A stretch of 63,928 nt of DNA, counting the filler, from Octopus bimaculoides (taxonomy: Eukaryota), in the NCBI RefSeq assembly GCF_001194135.2. It is 9 parts of 9 records of this genome, joined end to end, with 100 filler letters (N's around TTAATTAATTAA, not from the genome) between each part and the next. Parts side by side here need not be neighbours in the genome. Positions count along the whole stretch, not along the records: positions 35,729 to 54,600 come from NC_069001.1; positions 54,701 to 56,096 come from NW_026333140.1; positions 56,197 to 58,805 come from NC_068983.1; positions 58,906 to 63,928 come from NC_068994.1; 5 more parts are not named here. One strand, written 5' to 3'. Made by a program: the position numbers and the translations under genes. Shown piece by piece: positions 52,926 through 63,928 of this stretch. Position 1 is the first letter of the stretch; each line of letters starts with the position of its first letter. The notes under the pieces were generated by a model. The model was not told the origin of the DNA, made no database searches, and saw only the letters and a program-made list of their open reading frames with translations.

Positions 52926-53474
52926 TTTTGCGATTTCGCTTCCAAAAGTGTATTTAACTCAGTCCAATATTCTTTAGACAATGGTTTCAGACAGATTTAT
53001 TTGTTGTCGTTTTTTCTTTTTTTTAATCTGGAACAACCATATAGAAATTATTTTCCCCACTTCATCCTGCTTCTCATATCGCTCTATTGTTATATCGTTC
53101 TGATCTCACCTGTATACACTTATACAACTCTGCATCATGTAAATTAAACAACTATAACACAGATTCGTATCGTATGTTATATGGTCCCTGATAATTCACG
53201 TCAAAATCGATAATAATGATTTCTAATGTACACGAAATATCAAATATTTTCTGAAGATGGAGGTCGTTTTAGTGATGTCGCTACAATCGTTACATCTACG
53301 AGCGTAATTAACTGGTACTTGATTTTATCGATCCTACAACCGTAAAGAACAATGTGTATTCCTGAAAACTTTACAATCATAATGTGAAAAAACACTGTAA
53401 TTACCTAAAGTACACCACTGCACTACCAGACTACGAAAAAAATATTGTACTGCATAAGTAATAATGGGTTCAAA

Positions 53475-53680
53475 TTTTGGTATATGGTCAACAGTTTCGT
53501 GGGGATCAGTAAGTTGATGATATCGAACCCAGTACCCAGCTGCTACTTATTTCATCGACTCTAAACGGATGAAAGGAAAAAAAATCGATCTTGGTGGAAT
53601 TTGAGCTTATAACGTAAAGACGGACGAAATGAAGCTGAGCATTTTGGCCTGGCGTGTTAACATAGCTGCCAGCTCGCCGA
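53475..53680 (-). mobile_element. SINE family B copy
   Basis: Reverse complement consensus ending GCCAGCTCGCC. Confidence 0.75.
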
Positions 53681-53857
53681 TTTAATTGTATTAGCCAAAT
53701 AATCAGGGTTTTGAAATTTTTGGCACAAAGTTACTGAAAACCCTACACAAATAATTTGCTTATAATGTGCATTAGCTCATATTTTCCATCAAATCGACGT
53801 TTCCTGGACAGGTAGACAGCCTACCAAATGTCTTATGCCGTAGTGAATGCAGAATAA

Positions 53858-53899
<42 letters not shown>

Positions 53900-54366
53900 C
53901 ACCACTACATATGAGTATGTGAAAATGTTATACAGTCTACAACAATAAACAAGCTAATAATACATTCTGTTAATAAAAATACGCTAACTATACTAACTCA
54001 GTAATAATTATAATACGCAATATTTTATTGCTGTAGCAGCTGAAAGACAATTACACATCGCTATTACAGACACTATATTTTGTATACCGCATAATTTAAT
54101 ATTAGACTAACTAAATATATATTACTGCACTCAACTAAATACATTTATAAACTATCTGATGTTGTGTTATGTTATACAAATTAGTCAATCACATTAATAC
54201 TTTAATGGAATGTATTATTAAGTATTAAACTCGGTACACTAATACGCAGACATTATTTTATACCAATGATACCTTTATTCCAATGGGAATTCAGATATTA
54301 AGTGAATATAATTTTTGCACAAAATACAATTATGCATGACATTACACTACATACATACAGACATAT

Positions 54367-54404
<38 letters not shown>

Positions 54405-54700
54405 CAGAATGGGAAAAGAACGCAAGACATTCAGACAGTTAGGTGATACAAAGAAGGGCCAAAACATCCAGATAGGCGATACAAAGAAAACAAGGACAGG
54501 TCATTTGGAGTTTTCTCTCTTCAGTCGAGATCCAGATTAACCTTGCAATTTCGGCTGGTTATTCTCGATATCGCTCCAATCTGGGCCAGCCCCAAGGAAA
54601 NNNNNNNNNNNNNNNNNNNNNNNNNNNNNNNNNNNNNNNNNNNNTTAATTAATTAANNNNNNNNNNNNNNNNNNNNNNNNNNNNNNNNNNNNNNNNNNNN

Positions 54701-54836
54701 AAAAGAGACCGATAGAATAAGTACTAGGCTTCCAAAGAATAAGTCCTGGGGTCGATTTCTTCGACTAAAGGCGGTGCTCCAGCATGGCCGCAGTCAAAAG
54801 ACTGAAACAAGTAAAAGAGTAAAAGAGTAAAAGAGT
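54701..54836 (+). mobile_element. SINE family A, 3' end
   Basis: GAGACCGATAGAATAAGTACTAGG...(AAAAGAGT)n tail. Confidence 0.85.
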
Positions 54837-54963
54837 ATATATATATATATATACTAAGTTCAAAAAAAGGAAAAAGACAAAAAACAACAACAAAAAACAA
54901 CAACGTGAAGACGTGATACAGATTGTGTTACTAGACGCTCGGGAAAGGAAAGAGAGAGAGTAA

Positions 54964-54990
54964 GACATTTCGAGCGGAGCTCTTCGTCGG
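54964..54990 (-). ncRNA. hammerhead-like motif with CCGA core variant, in a repeat shared with 63.5 kb
   Basis: Minus strand CCGACGA-A-GAGC-TCC-GCTC-GAAA-TGTC. Confidence 0.4.
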
Positions 54991-55054
54991 AAACAAGGAA
55001 AGTCCAAAGAAGGGAAAAACGCAGGAAGACAAAATCGCCGTGTCCCAAAAGTCA

Positions 55055-55530
55055 CTGATGGGTTTCAGTTTTTAATAACTTCCTTATCTTTACAAGTAAA
55101 TGTATGAAATATTGATACAATATAAAGGATATAATCGACATTAATATGCATTTGTCAAATATTGGAACACCACTGCATGACATATGAAAAAGGACATCGC
55201 TTAAGTGGCGGCCATTTTCGGCTTCGCACGTCCGCACTCTTTCCAAAACTTGCACCATAATAGTCTCAAGAATTTCAGACCCCACTTTTCTGATTTCCCT
55301 ATTAATTTTCTCTTTCAGTTGGGCCAAGGTCCCCGGCTTGTGGACGTAAACCCTCTTTCAGGTATCCCCACAAGAAAAATCCAGGTTTGTCAAGTCTGGG
55401 GTAAGATGGCGGCAACTGCTCATACCAGTAAGAGAAACAATGCAATTGCGACGCCAGTGCTTCGGAGAGAGAATAATCTCCCGTTACGGCAATGTTAACT
55501 AACCTTCACGTTTCCCACACTTGACTAGAC
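55055..55530 (-). mobile_element. Tc1/mariner-superfamily transposase 3' remnant
   Basis: PDLTNLDFFLWGYLKERVY..KP...AQLKEKINREIRKVG...RVRTCEAENGRHLSDVLFH. Confidence 0.8.
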
Positions 55531-55789
55531 TGTTTAAACCTGAACCGTTTAAAGCAGAGCCGTTTAAACACTGATAGTGCATTTTGTTTAAACAACGGAT
55601 CATAATACTGCTCCGTCAGATTTCTCTGGTGTCAAACTACTGTCACTTGACAGAATTGACATCAAAACTCTTTATACGAATTGCAATAACAACAGTTGTA
55701 AAAGCATGAATGGAATTGGTGGTAATATCTCGATTAACAAGAAAACGGTAACGAAAAGATTAAGTAACGCAAAGCTGGATTGACAACAA

Positions 55790-56096
55790 ACACGGTAATA
55801 AAAGCAGTGAAATAACGACCACAGCAACAAGAAGAAGAATAGCAGAACAACAACGACTGTAAAAACAGACGTAACTACAGCAGCAGCAACAAAAGTGACA
55901 ACAGCAGTAACACGAGCAACAGCAGTAGCAGCAACGATAGCAGCTGCAGCAACAGAAGCATCAGCAGCAGAAGCAGCAGCAACAACAACAACAGAAGCGA
56001 AAAAATTAATAATATCAGCGACAGCAAGGATAACAACACGAACACGAACAAACACATCGACAGTTATGCCAAAAATAACAGCCAAAATTATAACAA
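55790..56096. repeat. (CAG)/(CAA)-rich low-complexity tract
   Basis: Direct reading. Confidence 0.85.
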
Positions 56097-56389
56097 NNNN
56101 NNNNNNNNNNNNNNNNNNNNNNNNNNNNNNNNNNNNNNNNTTAATTAATTAANNNNNNNNNNNNNNNNNNNNNNNNNNNNNNNNNNNNNNNNNNNNGCAG
56201 ACGAATGTTAATCATCCTGAATGGCTATCGTATAACGTTTCTTCTGCTTGAGATTAACTTCTCAGACAGATTAGTACCTATTAACTAGTTAAATAAATTG
56301 AATCAGTATCTGGTGGCAGTCCAAGTCGATAGGATTGTCAGACTGCTGACCAAACAAGCGGTTTATATTTGGCCGTATATGCTGTACCG

Positions 56390-57160
56390 CATGTATATAA
56401 TTCTTGACACTGTGCTGAATTCTGTATAAATCTTTATGACATTCTGTAAAGTTGTATGTACATTGTTCTTGGAGATGTGTGTATAGAGATCTTGACATTA
56501 TATAGAAACCTGCGAACATGGATTATGACAGAATGTGAAATAGTGTGTAGAGGGGTGTTGACTAAGTGTATAAATATGTGTAGATATTCCAAGGTGTGGA
56601 ATCGTGTATACATGGTTCATGACATTTTGTGAAACTGTACATAAGGCTTTTAGAGCAGTGAGTATATGGATCTTGGTGCTGTGTAGAAATATGTGTGCAT
56701 GGATCTGAACAAAATATGGTATTGTGTGTGTACATGGTTCATGATATGGGGAAACGTGTGGGCCTGTATGTGCACGGATCTTATGCTATACAAATGTGTG
56801 TATATAGTTCTTGATCCTTTATAGAACTTTGTGTACAGAGATCTTGTCACCGTGTGGAAATACGTGGTTATGCATCTTCTCATTGTGTGTAAATGTGTGT
56901 ACATTGGTCTTGACAATTTTGCCATTCTGTAGAAATGTCGTCTGTATATGGATACTATGTGGAACGGTATGAACAACGAACTTAGAGAAGCGTGTAGATA
57001 GATTTTGGCAAATATGGACATGTCTGTACATGGATCTGACAATTGTGTGGAACTGTGTGTCTACATGGATCTTGACACCATTTGGAAAAGTGTGCATACG
57101 GATCTTTACTTTACATTAGAACTGTGCGTACATGGTTTTGGTGTTATATGGAAGTAAGTG
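56390..57160. repeat. degenerate ~33-bp minisatellite (consensus about TGTGTGTACATGGATCTTGACATTGTGTGGAAA)
   Basis: Recurrent TGTACATGG(A/T)TC(T/A)TGA motif; 11-aa periodicity in the minus-strand ORFs. Confidence 0.75.
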
Positions 57161-58029
57161 TATACAGCAGAAAAAATGGCGTTTTGGGGTAGGAAATGGT
57201 GTGAATACTTGCAACAGAGTAAACTTTGCCAAAGGCTTGCAAGAACAAGTTGGTAGTGTAGAACTAGATTAAGTGTTAGATTACTAGATTACGATAATTT
57301 TCGTAAGTATTGCTCACTGCTGTGAGAAATGAAGAACTTTCACCTGATTTTCTAACTGTCAATGGTGGCTAACAGTCTGACTTGATTTAGGTATACAAAA
57401 ACAAAAATAGTAAATGTAGAGTAAGACTTGATCTACAAATGCTACTTGGTCTGAACTTAGATATACAAATGAAGAGAAAGTCTTAAGCTAGATGTTCGAA
57501 AAGAAAAAAGACTTAATACCAGCATATGATTAGTTATTTATTTTTATTCTTATTTTTATATCACATTTTGTGAACAACACCGACGTTGGTTGCAGGTTTT
57601 CGACAGAGTAATCACTGGTTCACTGCACACGACGGGATTTGGTGAGGACTTGGTCTGAAAGCACCAGCTTTTATCGGGTTCATTGCCGACGTCAACATTG
57701 GCGAAACACACACACGACCGCCTTCTGTGCAGATTCTGCCTCCCGAATTTTTTTCATAGAAACATTTGGCAAGCCGACACTATGATGAATGACTTGCCAA
57801 ACGTGCCTCGGAGGGATATCGAACCAAAAATCTAGTGGTGTCTGTGCAAACGTTTTGACTACACAGCCATGTCTGAACTGGTAGAGATAAAAGGACAAAT
57901 TCTTTTCCAGAAAGGTTTGAATTCCGAATGCAGCACTGAAATTCCTTGCATCTATTTTTAAAGTACTCGGTCCATTACAATGTACCCTGGGCTTACATAA
58001 TGTTTGCAAATCTTATAATAATCCATTCT

Positions 58030-58443
58030 ACAATAAGCACCAAGCCTGAAATTGTGAAGGATGGGGCTACTCGATTACATCGATCCCAGTGCAAAAGCAA
58101 GGTCGATCTCGGTGGAATTTGAATTCAGAAAGTAAAGAAGAACAAATGCTGCTAAGCATTTCGCCCGGCGTGCTAACGATTCTGCCAGCTGGTTGCCTTC
58201 ATAATAATAATAATGATGATGATGATGATGGTTTCTAATTTTGCCACAAGGGCAGACATTTTGGGATGGGGGATAAGTCGATTACATCGATCCCAATGTT
58301 TCACTGGTACTTAATTTACCGACCCTGAAAGAATGAAAAGCAAAGTCGACCTCGGCGGAATTTGAACGCAGATCGTGGCGGCAGACAGAATACCGCTAAG
58401 TATTTCGCCCGGCGTACTAACGATTCTGCCAGCTCGCCGCCTT
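58030..58443 (-). mobile_element. two tandem SINE family B copies
   Basis: Each ends CGTGCTAACGATTCTGCCAGCT (or CGTAC variant); separated by (ATA/GAT)n. Confidence 0.85.
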
Positions 58444-58476
58444 AATAATAATAAAGATAATGATCATAACAATAAA

Positions 58477-58509
<33 letters not shown>

Positions 58510-58905
58510 GCTTTCTTTATTAACTACTAAAGGTTCAGAAAAAAAAACAGACATTGGGAACGGTACAAGACAATACAATGTGGGGCTACATAAAACGAAG
58601 CGTATAAACAGTGACAACAACAACAACAACAACAATAGCAACGGTTATAAATTTATCTTTCTATGCAAAGGAAATGTATACTAACAAATTTAGAAAAACG
58701 TAATTAACTTATTGATAATTACAAAATGATACGTACATACATACATACATACATACATGTATGTATATATGTATGATATGGTATGGTATAAATGTATGAA
58801 TCTTTNNNNNNNNNNNNNNNNNNNNNNNNNNNNNNNNNNNNNNNNNNNNTTAATTAATTAANNNNNNNNNNNNNNNNNNNNNNNNNNNNNNNNNNNNNNN
58901 NNNNN

Positions 58906-58950
<45 letters not shown>

Positions 58951-60825
58951 CACGACATTTACACACACATACATACATACATATATACATACATACATAC
59001 ATACATATGTATCTATGTATGGGTGTGTATATGTATGTGTGTGTGCATGCATGTATGTATGCGTGCATGAATGTATTCAAGCATGCATGTATGTATGTAT
59101 GTATGTATGTATGTATGTATGTATGTATGTATTCGTGTGTGAGCAAGCACAGATGCCATTGTGTGATAAATGTTACATATTTTTACTGGTCTCTGGATGG
59201 CTTGCATCTATAATTCCCCAATTAGCCCAGAACTTTCTGGTTTTGAGCAGCCCGTTTTCACAAGATTTGTGTTGAGTGAGTTACATACATAACCAAATAC
59301 CCGAACAATACAGATATATANNNNNNNNNNNNNNNNNNNNNNNNNNNNNNNNNNNNNNNNNNNNNNNNNNNNNNNNNNNNNNNNNNNNNNNNNNNNNNNN
59401 NNNNNNNNNNNNNNNNNNNNNNNNNNNNNNNNNNNNNNNNNNNNNNNNNNNNNNNNNNNNNNNNNNNNNNNNNNNNNNNNNNNNNNNNNNNNNNNNNNNN
59501 NNNNNNNNNNNNNNNNNNNNNNNNNNNNNNNNNNNNNNNNNNNNNNNNNNNNNNNNNNNNNNNNNNNNNNNNNNNNNNNNNNNNNNNNNNNNNNNNNNNN
59601 NNNNNNNNNNNNNNNNNNNNNNNNNNNNNNNNNNNNNNNNNNNNNNNNNNNNNNNNNNNNNNNNNNNNNNNNNNNNNNNNNNNNNNNNNNNNNNNNNNNN
59701 NNNNNNNNNNNNNNNNNNNNNNNNNNNNNNNNNNNNNNNNNNNNNNNNNNNNNNNNNNNNNNNNNNNNNNNNNNNNNNNNNNNNNNNNNNNNNNNNNNNN
59801 NNNNNNNNNNNNNNNNNNNNNNNNNNNNNNNNNNNNNNNNNNNNNNNNNNNNNNNNNNNNNNNNNNNNNNNNNNNNNNNNNNNNNNNNNNNNNNNNAAGG
59901 TTATAGTTAAAAAGCATAAGTGGAAACATCAGGGTCATATGTTTAAAAATTTTTAAAAACTCTTTTCTTGCTTAGTCGGACAGGATAATATATTTTTATA
60001 TTTGTTACTTTTAGTGACTTACCGATTTGTCCATCTTATCAAATATTAAAAATTCCAAGTCAAATAAGAAAAAAATATGAAATAAAAAGAAAATTGGAAA
60101 TTAAAAACAGTTTGTTCTCATTATCTGTGCGTAGTTAAGAGGATGTTTAAAAATATAGTCTCCAGTTGTAGTCTCTCTAGATTTCTAAAGTACTCGTGAA
60201 AGATATCTTTTTTTTTAACTTCTCTCACCCTACATTGTGAACACGTTCTTTCCTCAACACATTACTATTGTATCTTGTCTGTTATGCTTACATTTTATTA
60301 AGGTTTTGACAGGAATATTCTATAATATTCCATAATATTCCATAATATTCTTATGATGAGTATGTCACTCGCGTCACTGTAATTTCATGTTACTGGATTG
60401 CAACAGTATACTTTGAAAGTAGTAGTATGGGGGCATGCGCTGTTACAGCATGTTGCTGCATCCTCCATTTCTTGGTGATTCCCTATTACTTTTGGCAGAT
60501 GACACTTTTGTACCACCAAGGCGATAACCCTCCAAATTATGTGTCTGTTTGGGTAGTCGTTGTTGGTGAGAACTTTACGGGTTCAGAGAGCAAATGCAAC
60601 CACAACCTCTTTAAATCGCCTTTTAGGACACGCAGAGGAAACGTTGGGTCTATTCTTTGACATGCCGGTCCCCACACAGCATTAGATCAACGTGAAATGA
60701 AATGTTTTGCTCAAGAATGTGTTTTGCTCAACACGTTGCCCGGTCCGGTAATCGAACCATGATCTAGCGATTGTGAATACAACACTTTTAACCACTCGGT
60801 CACGCATCTTTACTTTCAAAGACTG

Positions 60826-61690
60826 AACTCTGTGTTGAAGATCATCGCGACCGTCCTCGAGAAAATACTGGAAAAATGGACAGGGTTGAAGGGGTCATTA
60901 ACTCTTACATTCATGATAATTTGATGGACGAAACGGTTGTAACAGCAACAGAAGTCATAGATCATCTGAAAAGCTTTGAGTTAACTACAAAACCGCTGGA
61001 ATCGATGAATAAGGAACACCTTTGGGGTTAAGGCTGAAGAAAAAATCAATGCAAGCTGATATTTCATAAGGGAAATAAGAATCCAAACCTGATGCTAGTA
61101 ATATGGTAATTATTTTAGAGATAGATGTTGAGATAAATGTAGTCTGGTTTGGGAAGAAACATGATTGCAACCATATTAATATAGCTGAATTAAACGCCAT
61201 GTTGAAGGGCATAAATGTGGCTCTGAGGAAGCCACAGTATTAAAATCCACACCGATTATGATGATGTGATTGAATAGTTGGAATCAACGATGACTATTAA
61301 GAAGAGAGTTAGAACAAAAAAAAAAAAAAAGGAGCTTCAGAAATGATTCCTTAGAGAGGCTAGGAATTTTAGGAGAGATAATCAGCGAATTTGAGCTGAA
61401 TCTGCATGTGTTTTTTGTACCCGCAGAAAAAAATAAGGGAAATGGTCATAGAAGGGTGAGAAAAACGTGGCTGGAGGTTCCAGGGGTGTATTCAAAGAGG
61501 TGTATAGCCTTAGTGTGCTGGTTGGGAAACCAGACATTGAAGAGAACGCACAAGATACATCTTGTAGAGGTGGACAGCACCTTCTTTTTGAACAGAAACG
61601 TTGACCCTGATATTGCTAGAGGTAGTGTTAGGAGAGAGGTTAGTTGTGACAGAAGTCAGTCTATTGAAATGCATTGAGCTTACATGAGAC
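60826..61690 (+). mobile_element. degenerate Ty3/gypsy-like LTR-retrotransposon pol remnant (RT, RNase H, start of integrase)
   Basis: NSYIHDNLMDETVVTA (YIDD-like), NHINIAELNAMLKGIN, RRLGILGEIISEFELNLHVFFVPAEKNK, HKIH...SCDRSQ (HHCC-like); multiple frameshifts. Confidence 0.7.
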
Positions 61691-62834
61691 AGGAAGTATT
61701 CGGCTGGAAGACGATTGGAAACGATTAGCAGTTGACATACCGCACTGTCAGCAAGGCTTGTATCTCTCTGGTTCTCGCGTATCTCAGATAGTTCTGCTAC
61801 TATACATATAAACGTTCGGTACTGGATTTCCAAAGATGTTATCTGACTTATTGGCAAAACAACAATATATATCAACCACTAGCCTACAGATATAATTTCC
61901 TTTCAATGTTTCACTATTCTATTGCTATTATAACAGCTACTGTTCCTTGAACTAGCAAGCTGCATAACACCAGCACCCAAACTCACCTTATGAATCCACC
62001 TATGTCATCTCTACTTCGTTTCATCATTAAATTCTACATTAAACATTTTTCTCAGTTATTTATCCCAGATTTGACATTCCCTTCCTCGCCACGGTTTCCC
62101 TATGAGCATAAATCAGCAGAGGTGGTGGTGGTGGTGGGGTGGGGTGGGGTGTGAAAAGATCATTGATTTTTCCCTCCTTCTTTGATTAAAAAAGAAATGC
62201 CTATGATTCACAATCAAATTTGTGAAATCAGGATCGATTTCGAGCTTCCTTTTTCAAACTTTCACTCATTTTGCGATGACAAAACTTTTCATCTTCAATC
62301 AACATCCTAAAAACAATTTTTTCAGACACTCTACATGGGAAATGATCACTATTGGCATAACACAAAGAATATGTTCTGCTCGTGTGGTGTAAATTGCTGA
62401 TTAAAGATTTATATTTCATGCTAGGAACTATTTTGTAACTGAAGGTCGTTATCAATAAAGTGAATCCTCTGTGCTTCTTAAATCATCTTGAACGTATTTA
62501 ACTTCTGATAAACTTTATTGATCAAGACTTCATTTGAAAGATTTCTGTTCAACTTCTCATTATTTTTAACAACGAAACTTGAATTACTCACGTCGTTTTT
62601 CTTTTATATCTATTTGTTATAGCTAAAGAATAGATTCGCGTCTGTCTTTGAAGTCTTTTTTCTCAATGACTTGTTCTTGTGGTAGGTTAATATTTCTGTG
62701 GAGTCTCTTGGTTGCAACTAAATACAGCAGATTATCAACTTACAATAGAAGTCTTGGAACTACTTGACCACATTTTTACATGTATGTATGTATGTATGTA
62801 TGTATGTATGTATGTATGTATGTATGTATGTATG

Positions 62835-63200
62835 ATGAAGCACAATTTAAGCTAAATGGAACATTGAACCGATATAACTATGCTTACTATGTACCAGAAA
62901 ACCACCGCTTGCATGTGAACAAAGCAGTCAATTTACTGGGAGTCGATGTCTGATGTGGAGTGTTATCAAAAGGTTTAATAAGACCACTTTTTTTTTAAGG
63001 CACTCTTACTGGTCAAGCGTACCAAAACATGCTACTCACTTCCATTTTACCTGTCATACATGCACTTTAGGAAATGTGGAACTTTTCTTTCAGCAAGACA
63101 GTGCACCACCACACTACTGCCGAGATGTGCAAGCTTACCCAGATGAGTATTTGTAAGGACATTGGATTGGAAGAGTTAAAATAGCATGTGCAGTAATCCC
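62835..63200 (+). mobile_element. Tc1-like transposase remnant
   Basis: ELFFQQDSAPPHYCRDVQAYPDE..GHWIG matches the FQQDGAPPH...WIGR motif. Confidence 0.75.
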
Positions 63201-63581
63201 ACTGGACACTTTGGCCAACGTTGCCTAAGCAGCAGTTTGCCGTACTAAGAAGTGTCTGGAGGGTAATGGTCACCACTTTGAGCACGTCTTGTAATTGTAG
63301 AGGTTAAAAATAACTCGTATTAATCCCGTGATGACTGAGTAGATTTAGTATCAAAATATTTCAACATTTCTCTTTTCTTGAAGTGAGTATACATTTTTTG
63401 GTGGACTGTATCTCACTCTCTCTCTCTCTCTCTCTCCACATACTGGCCATCTTCACACTCTCCTGTCCCAAAGACACACTTTCTCTATCTCCATCCACGT
63501 CCGGTCACTTCAGAAATGTAACCACACGTGCATCGTTGGCTATTTTCCTTCGTCTTCTTTGGACTTTTCCCTTTCTCCTTT

Positions 63582-63608
63582 CCGATGAAGAGCCATGCTC
63601 AAAACGTT
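63582..63608 (+). ncRNA. hammerhead-like motif with CCGA core variant (second copy, G12 mutated)
   Basis: CCGATGA-A-GAGC-CAT-GCTC-AAAA-CGTT, preceded by TTT and followed by AAA (3-bp stem I). Confidence 0.35.
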
Positions 63609-63928
63609 AAAAACTCTCTCCTTACACCGAGCGTCAAGCTAATATAATTCTTGCGTACGTCTTTATATTCGTATTTCTTTCTTTCTTTTCGCTTTTTATT
63701 CGTTTCTTGAATTGTTTGTTCGTTGAATTGAATATATATATATATATAAAACATCTACCTGCTTATATATACACTCACTCACACACACACGCAAACACAC
63801 ACATACACAGACACACACATACACATATATACACAGACATAAACAAACACACACAAGCATACGCACACACACACACACACGCACGCACGCACACACAGAC
63901 ACACAAACACACACACGCACGCCTATAT

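Noticed and set aside
54499-54524. Third hammerhead-like motif (minus: CTGAAGA-GAG-AAAA-CTC-CAAA-TGACC)
   Set aside because: Core G12 missing and no stem I or convincing stem III; too degenerate to call
55672-56152. Ala/Val/Leu-rich ORFs
   Set aside because: (CAG)/(CAA) low-complexity repeat

Overview
Eukaryotic, AT-rich, microsatellite- and transposon-dense scaffold. The tRNA-derived SINE families I recognise are typical of octopod cephalopods (Octopus sp.; inference). About a tenth of the window is N, including eight 100-nt scaffold joins that carry an artificial TTAATTAATTAA spacer, so long-range adjacency is uncertain. I cannot support any complete host protein-coding gene, and most ORF-track entries are translated microsatellites or gaps. 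Supportable content: decayed mobile elements (Penelope-like RT/GIY-YIG, a Helitron 3' end, R4/Dong and Tx1 LINE fragments, mariner/maT/Tc1 remnants, MITEs, a gypsy-like pol remnant, >25 SINE copies), two minisatellites and several long inverted repeats. Most notable: (i) a ~290-nt near-perfect fold-back next to the Penelope remnant whose two arms each carry a minimal hammerhead-ribozyme-like core; (ii) a second repeat family with a CCGA (U4C) hammerhead-like core in two copies; (iii) a strongly CpG-depleted ~9-kb domain (likely a methylated gene body) with long inverted-repeat pairs, preceded by a promoter-like patch with a compound nuclear-receptor element; (iv) a locally templated inverted insertion flanked by a 21-bp duplication.
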